From the human T2T-CHM13v2.0 reference genome, Homo sapiens, in the NCBI RefSeq assembly GCF_009914755.1, contig NC_060925.1: 64,000 nucleotides of DNA; one strand, 5' to 3'. The translations under genes were made by a program, and so were the position numbers. The notes below the pieces were generated by a model. That model ran no database searches and was not told the DNA's origin. It saw only the letters and a list, made by a program, of their open reading frames with translations. The stretch's first letter is position 1. Every line of letters begins with the position of its first letter. Of the stretch, positions 30,229-45,200 are shown piece after piece.

Positions 30229-30745
30229 TGTATTTGTTTCCTGTTTCTACCTAACAAATTATCACAAATTTAGTGGCTTAAACATTATACAATTATGTTA
30301 AAGTTTTGCAAGTCAGAAGTCTGATGGATGTCACTATGCTACAATCAAAAAGTGTCAGCAGGACTGAGTTCTTCCTGGACACTATAGTGGAGGCCCTATT
30401 TCTGTGTTTTTTTTTTTGCAGTTTCTAGAGTACCCCACATTCCTTGCCATGTGACCCCATTTCTATAACTTCAAAGTCAGCAGGGTTGCGATGGGTCTTT
30501 TTCTCAGTCTTGCATTTATCTGGTTCTCTGTCTTCTGCCTCCCATTTCTACTTATAAGAATTACTGTGATTATGTCTGGGTCACCTGGATAATCCAGAAT
30601 AGTCTCCCCATTAAGGAGGCTATCATATAGTATTTTTTAATTAGCAACCTTAATTCCATCTCCAAGTTTACTAAGTAACCTAGCATATTCACATTTTCAA
30701 GCATTAAAATGTTGACATTTGGGGGGCCACTATTCTGCTTACATA
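30229..30745 (-). mobile_element. MLT1D-like MaLR solo LTR
   Basis: 'tgtatttgtttcctg...cacaaatttagtggcttaaa', 'cacctggataatccag', 'ttagcaaccttaattccatc', 'ggggggccactattctgc'. Confidence 0.88.
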
Positions 30746-31269
30746 TTCATGGTTAGGGCTTTCTGTGCAAAAAAAAAAAAAAAAATGATGGGTTATAAAG
30801 ATTCTGAATGTTTTTCCACAGGCCCATTTGCTTTTTACATCCTACTGGTGTTTAACCTGGAGTCTTTTGCTATTTTACGAAGAGTATTGAAACATGTCTC
30901 TCTGGAGTCAAATATTTCATTTCAGGTAGGCACTTGCCCATATATATATATATATATTTCCAAGTAAGATGTTTATATTAGGGATGTAAGATTTTTCTTC
31001 CTCTCTCATGAGGGCTACTGTTGGCAACTGGGCAGCATGTAGCCTATATAAACTTCCAGAATCATAATTTTGGGATTATTCTCTTGCAGACACCTCCCTT
31101 TATGATGTCAATCTAAGGGCTGAGCTAAGGGAAATAAATGTGATTATTGTAAGTAACAATACTTCTGATCTCAGTTATATAAACTACATGTACATTTTTA
31201 GGAAAAAAATGAATAAATATAGATGTTTAAACATATGAAGTATATCTCAAATGATAAATGTTTGTATTT

Positions 31270-31755
31270 AGCTGTGGCCTAGAATAAATACAGAATTTTC
31301 TTATGGGCCAAAGACAGAAAACGGTGTTAAGATCAAGTGATGAAAAGCTTTGAATACAAGTTTAAGGAGGTAGACTTCATTCAGTAGGATTCGAAGAACT
31401 ATGGTGGCTCTTTAAACAGAACTGCGGCATAGCCATTAAATGTATCTAGGAAAAATATCTACCATCAATCAAAGTACAGGTTGAAGTTAAGATGAACAGG
31501 CGATGTATCAATTATTGATTTATTAAACTGAGGGAAACTGCTGCATGTATAATGAGGAAGAACCACCCAGGGTTAGATTTTGGGAACGGAGGAAGAGTGA
31601 ATTAAAAAGTTGACAGAAAAATAAAATGAGTTAGGTTTGAAGAGGTAAATATTTAAAATTCTGTGGCAGATATACTTGGAAGAAGGTGGCTGTTTAAGGC
31701 TAGAGTTTGAGAGAGAAGTTAAGACTACAGATGAATAAATGCAGAAACTTTGCAC
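31270..31755 (-). mobile_element. L2 relic
   Basis: Purine-rich, antisense L2-like sequence ('agtttaaggaggtagacttcattcagtagg', 'atgagttaggtttgaagagg'). Confidence 0.5.
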
Positions 31756-31779
31756 AGTAAAGTGAAAACAAAACCAAAT

Positions 31780-31990
31780 TAGCCTGATTTTGAATCTTGA
31801 TTCTGCTATGTACTATGGTGAGCTACTTGGGAAAGTCAGTTATCCTTTCCAAAACTCAGCTTACTTAACTGTAAAATTGGAAAATAATAAGCATTCTGCA
31901 CAGGTATTATAAAGGAAGGATGACATATAAATTAAGTGCATATTTGAATGCCTTGTATATAGTACATGCTCAACAATCATTTTTACTTTT
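31780..31990 (+). mobile_element. MIR relic
   Basis: 'tttgaatcttgattctgct...cttgggaaagtcagttatcc...ctcagcttacttaactgtaaaattggaaaataata'. Confidence 0.8.
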
Positions 31991-32579
31991 ATTATTATCA
32001 TTACAATAATAAAAACCATTACTAGTATTATTATATTTAATCTCTAATTTGTTAGAGGTGTTAGATTAAAGAAAATTGGTAACATAGACCAGGGAGAGTA
32101 CGTCTTCTACCAATCAATAAACCGACTCTGTATGTACTTCAATTACACTAATAAGGACAGAAGAATCATAATAAAATTATTTTTACTCAAAAATGAAATG
32201 GGCTGTATCATACTCAGATATCAAACAGCAAGTAGATTTCTTCTTATAAATATCTATAGTCATAAGCTTATTCCTATAGACTTGTTCCTAAGTCCATGGT
32301 GCCAAAAAATTGTCTTCTGAAGCATTTTACTGTCATAATGTACTCATAATATAAGGACAAAGCAGACAGCAGCATTATACACAATATCATGAGTAGACCT
32401 AGTGCTCATGAAAAAATATACAAAAAGTAAATATCAGTGGAGAGCTATACAACATATATGTGATAAAACGAACTATGTTTATTCACCAAGATAAAATATA
32501 TTGTCCTTCAATTTCAGTAGAAAAAAATCTTCTTCTATTACTAATATAAAAAATAAGGCTGTTTGTTGAAATATCATTA

Positions 32580-32810
32580 GATAGTAACTAAATTTTTTGA
32601 GACCTTTATATGCTAGGAACTGTGCCAATTGTTTAACATACATTAATTTCATTCCCCTTTGAGTCTGTTACTTCAATACTTTCAATTTCGAGCTCAGTAA
32701 AGTGATAGAGAGAGGCTGAGTAAATTCTCTAAGGTCAAATAGTTAGAAAGTACTAAACTTGATTATTGCCTAGGCAGTTTGACGCTACAGAGCTGTACTT
32801 CAACTATGAT
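32580..32810 (-). mobile_element. MIR relic
   Basis: 'tatgctaggaactgtgcc...agagaggctgagtaaattctctaaggtcaaatag'. Confidence 0.7.
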
Positions 32811-35029
32811 TGCTGAATTGGCCATCAACAACAGTACCCTCTCAAAACTTTTCAGTGCAAACATAAGTAGCAAAGATTTGATTGTCTATTACTATTTTCA
32901 GTTCACAATTTTCTACTCAGTATAGCTCTGAATCATTACTAAATATTAATGTCATCATCATGACTTTCTTAGAGAACACTTTTTCTGATAATCATGGTTT
33001 CTTCTTCCATTCATCTTGAAAAATCTGACAAGAATCAGACCACAAAGGAAAGAATGTGCATAATATCAAGTGTTCACTGATAATCAGTCATGTTTGAATC
33101 TCTTAGCTAGGAGGTAGTTGAAAAGTTTAACATAATAAATAATCTAGCTAAATAATGATAGTGGTAGACACAGTATTAAATTATTGCTAGTCAGAGTATA
33201 AAGTTCAAATATTTAAACAATTTAGCATTATTTTAACCTATATGCCATCAACGACCTTAGGGAATAGACATTCAGAGGAGATTATTACTACAGAATGATG
33301 AACACTCGCTTAAAGCAGAAGTAGTGAGCACTGTGAGAACTATATAATTGGCTTTAATATAATTGTATTGAATATGCATTACGTACATTGTCAAAAAAAC
33401 TGTCACAAATGATTAATAAATTTTAAAGTCATGGTATAAATTTCAGAACATTTTATTAAATCCATTAACCTGCCAAGTAGTTTAGTCAGGGTCCTTGTTC
33501 ATGTATGCACACCTTTAATATCAGATCTACTGTAAAAGTTGTAAACATTGAGACTCATTGGTCTGAAAATGACCTCAATAAGTCTACTGTCTCTATACCA
33601 TTCATAACCAGTTGTGCATGTTCATAATCGTTCCAGAAAAGAGACACAGATTTTCTCTGGAAAGGCGATTTGAAAGATCTAAATCCAGATTACTTAAAAT
33701 TAAAAAAAATTAAATTCCAATTTGCCCATGAAATTGAAGCAATAGTTTAGAGCTCAGAATCGAAATAAAACCAAGACCTGGAATCAGGAAGAACATTGGA
33801 ATCAGATTCTCTGAGCATTTCTTTCTGCTTCCTCTCTTCCTTCTTTATATTCTTTTAATCAATTTTTGCTTGGAAATACAATATTATTAGTAATATTAGT
33901 CATATATATCTATTTCATCATATTGTTATATGAATTAAAATAGAAAATGTTAATATTAGAATTAGGAAAACATGACAAAATTATGCAAAATGTGCATGTC
34001 AAATTATTTAGAAGATTATTGCTAAAACTAGCTAGCCTAACTTGAAAAACCTGTCATGGAAAGAATTAAATTACCGAAATCAACAACCAAATAGCCATTT
34101 ACCTTCAGAAAAAAAAAAAAAAAAAGAACACTTGTTAAAATAGGTGGAACTCCTTATTAATTGTCTTCTTAAAATAGTAAACAGTGGAAAGACAATCTAT
34201 TAAACAAAATATGTTCTTTCTTTAGAACATTCATTGGAAATCATTGCCAATTATCTTTCAGTCCTAAAATTGATTCCAAATATAGAAAGATGCATCCTCT
34301 CTGTAAATGATCAAAATAAAGATAGCTTAAATAGTTTAATTTTAAAATGTCTATATTTAAATAAATTATAATAGTCACAACCTGCATAAGTGAAAGATTA
34401 GATAAAATGGAAAATAGTGACATTTTAGAGCATCAGACATGAGAACAATAAAAGGGTTAAGAAAATGTAGCATTTCTAGCAGGTCTGTCATTTTAATATG
34501 TTTGCAAAGGCAAGTACAGATATTCTGAGAATAACCATCAACTGTAGTAAAATGATTAAACATAAAACAAATTTTAAAGACACTTAAAATATACCAAAAA
34601 ACTGCAAAAGCCTTATTACCTAAGAGGTAAGAGGATATTGCCAAAATATATAATCAAAAAAGTGAAGATTTATTTATATGTGAAATATAACTAATATAGG
34701 AAAATAATGGGAACACTCAAAGCTATGGCAATAGGCTGCTAAACTGAAGGCAAGTGCTTTGTTAATATATAGTTAGTTGTATGCAAGACATTCTTACACT
34801 TTTTTCTCTTTAAATAATAATGTATCCTTTTTATCTTTGGTATTTCTGTACTATTTTCTCTGAATCTCAAACACTTTTTCGTTTTTAAAAAAACTCTTAG
34901 GTCTTGAGTGTTCCTGTGCTTATTCCTTGCCAAAGGATGTGCATTTCTTGCCAATATCTACCTAATTGTGGTTGCAATGAATCTGAGAAATCTAGCTAAT
35001 CTCACTTAATCTAGATCATTTTTTAATAC

Positions 35030-35370
35030 AAAGTGCTACCTTTCCTTAGAATATGCATTTATATTTTTCACCCTTCTTTTGCCAACAAACTGCCCCTCAT
35101 TCTTGAGTACCCAGTTTAGACTTTATCCTCCCTAACAGCGATCTCTGAAATGCCCCAGAATAGTATACTTACATCTTCTTAGTTAACCAAAATATTTTGC
35201 ATATTCTTATATCACAGCATTTGTCACAGTTTTATTATTTTCTGTTCATTTGGATATCTTCCACAAGAAATAGTGAATACCTTAAGGATAAAAAGTGTCC
35301 TATATTTTTATGGTTGTTCTCTTAGTAACTAGTACTCAGAAGCCTCTCAATAAATATGATTCATTAAATC
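35030..35370 (+). mobile_element. L2 3' end relic
   Basis: Ends 'cctctcaataaatatgattcattaaat'; internal 'atcacagcatttgtcacag', 'ccttaaggataaaaag'. Confidence 0.65.
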
Positions 35371-35532
35371 ATTTTTACAGTCAACCAGTAATAAGAAAAT
35401 AGCTTATGGAAGGCAGGAAAACACAGTAACACCCCTCACACACACACAAAGTCAAAGTCAGTAGCAGTTACCCTAATAATAGCTATCATTTGAGTGCATG
35501 TTATTTATCAAAGGCTTATAGACACTATAATT

Positions 35533-35832
<300 letters not shown>

Positions 35833-38759
35833 GACACTATAATTCTTAATATTCACAAACATTATGCAAAATTGGAATTTTATATCCGAGGAGGATTGAG
35901 ACTTTAATGGACTAATCTGTTTCTCCAGGATTTTGTATCTTTTCTGCCTAACTCACCTCATGGTCTATATGCATTCAGTAAATACTTGCTTAAAAATAAA
36001 TGCAGAAATACCAATTTTCCCAAAAATTCACAATTTACAGAAATTGGCAGAAAATATAGTGAATTTCTCATTGTACTCACTAATGCTATAAATTTTTATT
36101 CTTATTTTTTTCTCCAGTAAACATAAGGATCATTGAAGTCTTGTGTTCGTGACCCATAAGATGACCAGATGCTTGGAATAGAGCTTGCTTTATTTCTTTT
36201 CTGTTACTTAGAACTTTTCAATTATCAATGAAAGAACTAACATAAACATGTAAAAATGTTCCCTTTATCTTTTACAGTAGGTGGCCAAGGAGCTAGATCA
36301 CAAAGTAAAGAATAAGGTTATGCATTGAAGACTGTCTATATAAAATATAAATGCAATCATAAGTAGGAGCATAAGTTGAAACAGCAATATTTTAATATAG
36401 AAAATGGAGTAGAACAAACTACAGACTTAAACCTAGGAAGCATATGCAAAGTATTACTCACTTCACTTTTCCTTTATAGAGCCTTTGATAAAATTCTAAT
36501 AGGGAAGAGAAGCTTTTGTTCAACAGATAAAACAGAAGTAGCTGTTCAGAAAGAGTACATTCAGAGAGGAAAGAAATGACTCCCCATGGACCTAAAATTT
36601 AGAAAGTAAAATAAAATAAAAGATTTTTATCTGAGATATTATTGCCTTAGTCCTTTTTGGCCTGAAGACTTTATAAATGTTTGGGCCATTTGCTTTGAAC
36701 TCTGCAAATTGAGTGGAGTGCTCTCTCTGTGTGAATTCAACCAATAAGTGCTATTTGATTAGTGTCAAAATGTTCTACTAGTAACTAACAAATCTGAAGA
36801 GAAAGCCAGTCACCTCCAAATAATTCAGGTCTGTGGTCAGATCCTTTACACGAAATAAATAAAAGCCTCACAACTTCTTAAATTCAGTTTGTTTCTGTCT
36901 GTGCTTATATGTCTAAAATTATCCTGATATATCTGAATGGTTGTATAAAGAATTCTAATTTATGCACAAATCATTGCTCTGTTAACAATGTCTCACTATG
37001 GCTCCATATTTTCATGATCTAAATGACCCTGGAAATATATTAAGCACTTTTACATCTTCCAAAGAGTCTACTATTTTGACTTGCACTGCACAGGTGTACT
37101 ATTAAATTGTAGGTGCATGTTTAGTTTTTGCCTTCACATACCCAGAGTAGGCAATTTGTATTTATTCAGGTATAGCAGACACACTTCTTCAGAGTTCACA
37201 TTAACCTTATTTAACACAGCTACTTAGGATCAACCTTGATTTAATCCAGTGTAAAATTCACTGCCCACAGTAGATGAAAACAGGCACCTATTTTATAACA
37301 CAACGCAACTTGTTCTTCAATAAATACCAGATTATCTTTATTTTTGTTTACTCTTATAATTTGTTGAGGCACATTAAAGAAATTATGAGGAACTTATACA
37401 TTGAGTTCATAAAACGTAGTAGCTGAGCTTATGGAAGCATAATACTTTGATGAGATGGTATGTTGATCGGCCAGTGCATGGGATCATAAATTAAACAGCA
37501 TAAGCAGTTCTACTAAGCTCGGGTATATCTGGCATGTGAGGGACAACTGACACCAGAAAATGACAGCTGCCTTAGTCTAGAGCTTAGTTTGGGGCTGATT
37601 CAAATTCCTCAATTTTTAAAGAACACACCAAAATTGGATTTCTCTATTTTTATTTTCATGAGCCACTAAATTTCACCAACTTTAAATTTATTATTTTCCA
37701 ATAGTTTACAGAGATAGTAGGCAAGGTTAAGAGTGGAGAGTGAGTCAGTAGGGAAGTGAAGAAGGAGAAACAGGAGGTATTAATTTAAAATGTTAATTTT
37801 TTGAAGTATCTTGAGGTGAATGAATCCAAACCCATATGATAGAGTTCTAAAAAAGTTAAAATTAAGGATATAAATCTGTTTCTGCCTGGGTTGACAATGT
37901 GCTTTCTATTAGTCATTTAGGAAAGATCAAAGGCTATTGGAGATTGTAGGCATATAGAAGCTAATGTCTTTTTCTTAGAATGTAGTAGGATCATTGTTAT
38001 TAGAATTTATAACAGCACAGTTCTAAATAGGCTTCTACAGCCAGTTTTGAATTAACACTTTGCATTCTTCACATAACCTACAGAAGCATGTGACACCATT
38101 TCTTCATACAACATTTTATGGACATTCTAAAATATGAAAAGTAAGGATTTCATGTTTTGGAAAGCAAATAAAGAAAAATGTATATATTCCAGCCTTCATA
38201 AAGGGATAATAGAGGAAGAAAGTGCTTACCATTAGATATGCCTAATTTGAAATTATCATTTTAAAATTTAGTATGATAATTATGAAAGCCAGAATTAGTA
38301 TCTCCTTGTGTGTGGACGAGAAAATGCTTTTTTAGTACAGCACTTGTTCTGCTGTGATATAGAGTAGTGTTAGGGTGCAGTCAAATAGTCTTTTAGGAAT
38401 AAAAGGAGAATACAAGGAAAAGTCAGAGGCCAGAATTAACATTAGCATTTGACTAGAAAACCAGGAGGCTTCCAGATAAAATGGCAAGGAGGTACAAACA
38501 AAACCACGCCCTTGGTCAAAAGGATTGTGTTCATTAAGCATTAGAGCTTATAGGATCATTGAAACACAAGGCTAAAGCAGACAAACAGATGAAATAACAT
38601 GAATTTCATTCATCGCTCTACAAATCTCCTTAAATGTAGATCCACAGCTATGTTCTGGAGGTAACAGGTCCAGAAAAACAGCATATTTCTCAGCTAACAG
38701 TCACCAGAGGAGGTAAATGCTGATGACTTAGATTCCCAGAAAAGTTCCTAAAAAGTACA

Positions 38760-39055
38760 AACTACTGGCAATGCTCATTTTCTTCTCTCAACATTCTTCA
38801 TTTTGATGCTTGGAATAATATTATTCCAGCCAGAGCTCCAGTTACACAATAGAAAATAAGAAGACCTTAAAAATGGACACCAAATACTAAAATGCTAAAC
38901 TCAAAAGACAAAAGGAACTAGGTCACTAATAACCATGTGCATCCCTGGATTCTCTAGCTTTACTGAGAGAAAGAAAAATGAGCTAGTTTTTCAAACCACT
39001 GTGAAATTGAGTTTATTTTTTAAACATGGCTATGCCTAATCTAAATCTAAATGCC
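38760..39055 (+). mobile_element. Old MLT1 (J/K-type) LTR relic
   Basis: 'aaagacaaaaggaactaggtcactaataacc', 'tttttcaaaccactgtg'. Confidence 0.45.
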
Positions 39056-39214
39056 TACCTTTTCTTAATAGTTTAGAAAATATGGCAGAATTTGGGTCTG
39101 TATAACCCAAATGACATAGCAGGCAGGATCCTGATGGCCACCTGCCAGCATTCATTATGTTCCCCACTATAGTTTAAATGGGCTTCTGCAGCCAGAATCA
39201 ATCAAGTTCACCTT

Positions 39215-39496
39215 GTTTTTTTTTTTTTTTTTAGACTGTGTTTTGCTCTCGTTGCCTAGGCTAGAATGCAATGGTGCAAACTTGGCTCACAGCAACCTCC
39301 GTCTCCCATGTTGAAGCGGTTCTCCTGCCTCAGCCTCCCAAGTAGCTGGGATTACAGGCATGTGCCATCATGCCAGGCTAATTTTGGGGTTTTTCCATGT
39401 TGTCAGGCTGGTCTCAAACTCCCGACCTTGGGTGATCCACCCACATCAGCCTCCCAAAGTGCTGGGATTACAGGTTTGAGCCACTGCGCCCAGCCC
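39215..39496 (-). mobile_element. AluSp-like element with a deleted middle A-rich linker
   Basis: Antisense dimer, 'gctctcgttgcc', 'caatgg'. 13-bp TSD TCAAGTTCACCTT at 39202-39214 and 39497-39509. Confidence 0.95.
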
Positions 39497-40670
39497 TCAA
39501 GTTCACCTTTTTTGGTATTTTAGTTTTTCCTACATCTACGAAGTAGACAAAGAATGTCACTTAAGAGAATAAAAACCTTTTCTCATTTTAGAGATCTTAC
39601 ACATTGTGTATGTGTGTGTGTGTGTTTTGCATTGCCATTACTCATCAAATTTCAGATTCTCAATCCTTGCAATTGGATACAGCAGGAAGAGTAATTTATA
39701 CTAGAAAGATTGCTAACATATGCAAAACTTATTTGGACTCTCATTTTGCTTACAATATAAAAATACTTGTAATTTTTTCAATAGTTAGTTCCACTAATGG
39801 ATAGTATTAACAATTTATGAATATTTATAAATTCATAGGAATGAAATTCTGACAAAGCAAAATCTGGAAGAGAGGTACCCGTATGACATAAATTTGCCAT
39901 TTGCAAATATTCATATATTGAACACTACTAACATATCCCACTACAGGGCAGAGAAAATTTGAATTTATAAGAAAAATACGCTTTTTGACCTGCTGAAAAT
40001 ACAATGGTCATTCCAGGCTTTTCACCCTGTTTAGCATCTATACAAGAAACAATCACAGAACTAAGGTTTCTATTAATTTCTATGTAGGCTATCATAGATT
40101 CATGCAGTTTGGTTGAAGAGTTTTTAAATGGGTCAGTAATTTCTTATGATACAGATATAAATTAACAATAATATGCTTTAAAATGTATACTTCTGTGCTT
40201 ATCCAATTTTCACCATTTCTAAGATGAACAAATCAGTATAAGTAATTTTTTGTAAAAAATGCAACTAAATTATCTTTATTATGTTAATATGGTTGAAAGT
40301 TCTCTAGGAAGAGTTATTTGAATATGCTTTGAATAAGTTAGAGGTAAACAATTTCAAACATTTTAAATTTTATACAGAAAAAATTCTTTATTTTTAAATG
40401 CCAGACGTAAATCTTTATTTTTTTCTGTATCCAACCAACATAATATACCCAATAATAAAAATAATTGCATTTTGCTCCAAAATTCAGGACAATGTATCAG
40501 ACTAGTAATTTAAAAAAGGAAAAAAAATTTGTGTAGAAAAAATATATATGTTCTGTGGAAACCATAAAAGTTTAGATGATCAGGGAATTTAAAATATGGT
40601 TCATCTATCATTTTGACTACTGAAAATTTGTTTTAGACCAAAAATATAGTTAAACACAATTCACAGGAAT

Positions 40671-40875
40671 CAGTAAACCTTAATCTGTTTGGGTGATCCT
40701 GTTCCACTGGGGGAAGCTTAGAAATATGTGAGACTACTTTTGAGTTTCAAATGCGAAGGGTAAATACTAGAAGAGTTTAATGTTTGGTTCATAGGTGCTA
40801 AATATTCTGCAATGAGAAAGACAGTATCACACAAAGTAAGGTTTTCTCATAAAATTTCTATCCTGCTAAGAAAAT
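40671..40875 (+). mobile_element. MER20-like hAT relic
   Basis: 'ggtgctaaatattctgcaatgagaaagacagtatcacacaaag'. Confidence 0.55.
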
Positions 40876-41231
40876 AGGAATCTAGGTATTATCTATCATG
40901 AGAATATTTAAAATTCAATGATTAAAAATAGAGAGATTGAAGCTCTTAATTGAAGTAAACATATCATATTTTCCTACTTATAATAAAGAATTAAAAGGAT
41001 GCAGAATGTATTTTTCAATGCTAAAACATATTTATATGAAACATCTCAAGACGTTATAACCTAATGTGTACTCTGTCCCACTTAACATATTATTATTTTA
41101 TTCTATCTTATTCTGAAATCTTTCCATGACATCCCGCTATACCTCACAACAAAACCTACCCATTCATTAAATTCATAAGAGAAAATACTACCATAATTTT
41201 TCTTTCAGAGTGATTATACTGCAACAGATAT

Positions 41232-41262
41232 TCTCTCTCTCTCTCTCTCTCTGTGTGTGTAT
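41232..41262. repeat. (CT)n(GT)n compound microsatellite
   Basis: Read directly from the sequence. Confidence 0.9.
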
Positions 41263-42089
41263 GTGCATGTCTCTCTCACACATGCATGCACACATGGAAT
41301 TCATAGCTATGAAAGTTAGAATTGTGTCTGTATACTATTTTCTGTAACATACAGAGCTTCTACCAGACACATGGGTGTTTGCTATTTAGGAAAGATGCCT
41401 TATCTTTGTCATCCATCAGCAAGCTGGCTTAAAAAAAAAAAAGGAAAACAAAATCTTCATTTATTAAGCATTTTAACAAAAATGATATATGCAGGCTCTC
41501 ACCAGAGAACATGTTGTGTTTTAAATCTATTTCATGTTTTACATATTTCTGGCCTTTTTATAATAAGTTCCTTGGCTTGTCAGGGTAGGAAAAACTATAG
41601 TAATCTGAGAATCAAAATTGTCTATAATTAATAATACAAAATTCACAAAATGAAGAGCCAAAAGGTTACCATCTTTTAGTATTCCTCAGCATGATGCAGA
41701 ATGTGGGAATAATGACATTGTAAGCCAAGAATTCCTCACTAATGCCACTTTGATTAGTGACTAAGTAAAAGTATGGTTTTTGAAAGTGAGAAGATGCTAG
41801 AAGTATGTCAGCAGCATCACTTCACATTAAATGATACAATTTGGTTTAATTAAAATTTGACTATCACTAGTATAGAGAATAATCTTGAGGACTTAGTTAA
41901 AATTAAACTCTGTTTTTAAAGCTACAACTGAAACACGATTATAAAAATAATTCAAACAAAATTTTGGCTATCAAAGTTTCTTGATTATCCTTGTTCAATG
42001 CTTGTACTTATACATGTGTATGTATGTATATTTTGGAGCATATCATTTCTCTCTCTTTAAAAAGGAAGTGGATGACACACCACCAATCA

Positions 42090-42910
42090 TTAGTAATCCT
42101 TCCCAGAAACCTCAACTTATTGTCACTCCTCCATCATGCCTACGTCACCAAATCTTGTGTATTCCACCAGACATGACTGTCTTATATTTGCCCATATTAC
42201 ACCATCTCCACATACACTACCTTTAGTTTAATGGGGTCAAGTCTCTCCCTTTAACATCCTCTAAATAATCACCTTGCCTTCTCTGTTTTATCAGCTGATG
42301 CTTTCACTCTTAGTTTTGCTTTCTAGAACACAAATCTGATCGTATACTTTCTTTCTTGGAATCCCTCAATGACACCTTACTGCTGTCACAACAAAGTCCA
42401 AATTTCTGAACTTAACAAGCCACTTAAACACTCTGTCTTGGCTTACTGATCCAGTCTCATTTCTCTGTCACCATGTCCCCTTCCCTCACCAGATGTTTGA
42501 GTTCTCTGTGATGCTTGCTACCAATTTGACTAAGCTATACTTTCATGGCAGGCTTCCTAAGTTACTATTATCAAGTTATAGTATTTTATTGATTTGTTTA
42601 TTCTAATGCTTTCTCTTAGTGGTTTGATTTAGGGCAGTTTAGCAATGTTTAATGTTTAATTATCAAAGCTGAAAATGGGGTGCTAGTGGCATTACATAAT
42701 AGAAACCAGGGACTCTTCTAAACAAACTACGATGCACGGACAGCCCCACTACAAAGAATTATACAGCCCAAAATGTCATGGTGCAGGGGTTGATACATCT
42801 TGTTTCAGGAAAGAATGGTATCATCTATGCTGGAATTTTTAGCAACTAGCAGAGGGCTTGTCGCTTAAAAGGTGTTTCATAAATGCATACTAAATGAATG
42901 TAAATAAATA
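42090..42910 (+). mobile_element. L2 relic interrupted by MER20
   Basis: 'acacaaatctgatcgtatact...ccctcaatgac...aaagtccaaatt'; terminus 'cataaatgcatactaaatgaatgtaaataaat'. Confidence 0.75.
42604..42802 (+). mobile_element. MER20 hAT-Charlie element
   Basis: 'ggggtgctagtggcat...gatgcacggacagccccactacaaagaattatacagcccaaaatgtc'. Confidence 0.85.
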
Positions 42911-44851
42911 TATGTTCTTTGTACTACAGAAATTAAATACTACAGTGAACTATTTGGTTAAGAATTTTAAAATTAATTTACCACAGCTCATTGTCTCCTC
43001 TGTTCCTAAGTGCACAATATTTTCTTTGCTGAGATTAATTGCCACCCTTTGTACAGTCGTGATACCTCACTAAATATTTTTTGTTCTACCTCTAAATACA
43101 CTGCAGATCTGGCCATTTCTCACTGTTTCCACTGCCACCGTCTCTTAAAAGGTCTTCTAAGTGTTTTTTTTTTTTTTTCCTATTTAAACTGTTGCACCCT
43201 TTCATCCATTTTTGTACAGAAACCAGTGATCATTTAAAAAATATATTGATCCTGTATACCTCTATTTAAAATTTGACAATTTTTCCCATTTCATTTTAGA
43301 TAATAACAACTTTTAATAAAATTAATATATTTGAGGCTCCATATATTTGGATATCTGCTTATTTCTGCGTTACCTAATTCAGCTACCTCTATCCTAGTCT
43401 TTCTAAATTCTTCAGATTTTATGAATAAGAAATCAGAATTCTCAGGAATACTCAGGAATCCCTTAAATCATATATGAGTATCTAATATTTTATACTTTCC
43501 AGCCATTATTATAGAAACAATATATACTTAATAAACAGATAGTATTAAGTTTTGTAGCATTTCTAAAGAACTATAAACTATGCTAAATATTCCAACACTG
43601 GAAAACATCAGGGAACATTACAGGGTAGCATTCAAATAATACAACCTTAGGATCTCCTAGTAATGTAAATAAGAATGCACAGAATCACTTACAAAATTGC
43701 CAGATTAAGGATTTATTTTACTTCCAAACTTGACATGTCATGGAACACCACTCATAAGATTTGTATAAAGTATGTAAATTAACTTCTTTATATAGATTAT
43801 ATTTACAAGAATATTCCACCATTAGCAGTAGATGTGGCCAAAAACCAAAAACAAACATTATAAGTGACAACAGCTAAAACTAAGCATGATATTTGATTGT
43901 GGCATTTCTTTTTTACTGCTATAAACCTGTTTCCCCGAAATATAGATCTTAATTCTTCCACTTGCATGTCAGTATTTTCTATTAAGTTATGAAAATTTTT
44001 CTTAATTTTTTAATTTCCTGATTGTTCCTAGAATTAAAATTAAGAAAAACATTTAAGTTTCTCAAGAAATTTCCTGGAAATAATTCATATATGGGAACAT
44101 TAAGACACATGGTTATTCTTTCTGCAATTCCTATGTACCAAGTTTTTCCCAGAACAGGGAACTATTTATTTGCTGCTCCTCCTGCATAACATGCCATGCC
44201 TTTCAATCTTTATAGAACTGACTTGACTCATTCTTCAAGTTTCAGGTTTCAGATAGAATGTCCTTTCTTTAAAGGAGTATAGGATTGCATTTCTAAGCCA
44301 AATCCCTAGTCATATAATTTATACCTAGCGAGATAGCTAGGTAGCTAGCATCTGTCTATGCATATGCCTATGTCCCATCAAGATATAAAGCTATATATTC
44401 GCCTACATGTTTACTTGTTCAGTATCTGTTCAATAGGTGTCAGTCACTCAAAATGTTGGCCAGTAAGAATGGTCTCCATTTAAACTTTGATTTTCACAAA
44501 CAAAAATGTATTCTACTAATATTCTGAACCATTTTAAATTTTAATTGAAAATCATATGTGCTCTATGAGGAGTACACATTATGATTGTTTGGGTTAACTC
44601 TAAATTTGAGCAGAATGCCTGGAACTTGAGATGAAGTGTATAGCTATTATTTAAATGAATGGATGGTAAATAACTATCCTCTTTTGTAGTCTGGCTATAA
44701 TTAAATAATAGAAAATTGAATAGTGTCATTTTTTTCCTATGACCCGATAAGAAGATCAGTGTTTAACAGAAATGACTGTAAACAACAGTTTTTCCATTCA
44801 GGCTCTGTGAGAAGGTATTAGAAAGGTAGATGAACAGCAGTACATCCCAAA

Positions 44852-45200
44852 CGTATTAATTTCCTATTGAAGCTATAACAAATTACTAGAAACTTGTGGC
44901 TTAAAATAAGACATTTCTCCAATGTCAGGAGGATAGCATCATCAACTGCACTAACTTTCCCTCTCTTATCTCTGTTTCTATGGTCACATCTTGTTCTCTG
45001 GTTCAGACCTCCTGCCTCTCTTTTTCATATTTTGATGAGAATGAGCCTAACCAAATAATCCAGAAAAAAATCTCCCAATCATAAGGTTCTTAATCTAATT
45101 ACATCTTCAAAGTCCCTCTTGCCATGTAAGGTAACATATTCCCAAATTTAGAAGATTAAGACATAGACATCTGTGGGGAACAATTACCCTGTCTACCACA
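44852..45200 (-). mobile_element. MLT1B/C-like MaLR LTR with an internal deletion
   Basis: 'gtattaatttcctattg...gtggcttaaaa' and 'gccatgtaaggtaacatatt...tgtctaccaca'. Confidence 0.8.

Noticed and set aside
36090-36280. Two strong polypyrimidine-AG acceptor-like sites
   Set aside because: Both are followed immediately by stop triplets in one frame and have no convincing donor. Such sites are common in T-rich DNA.
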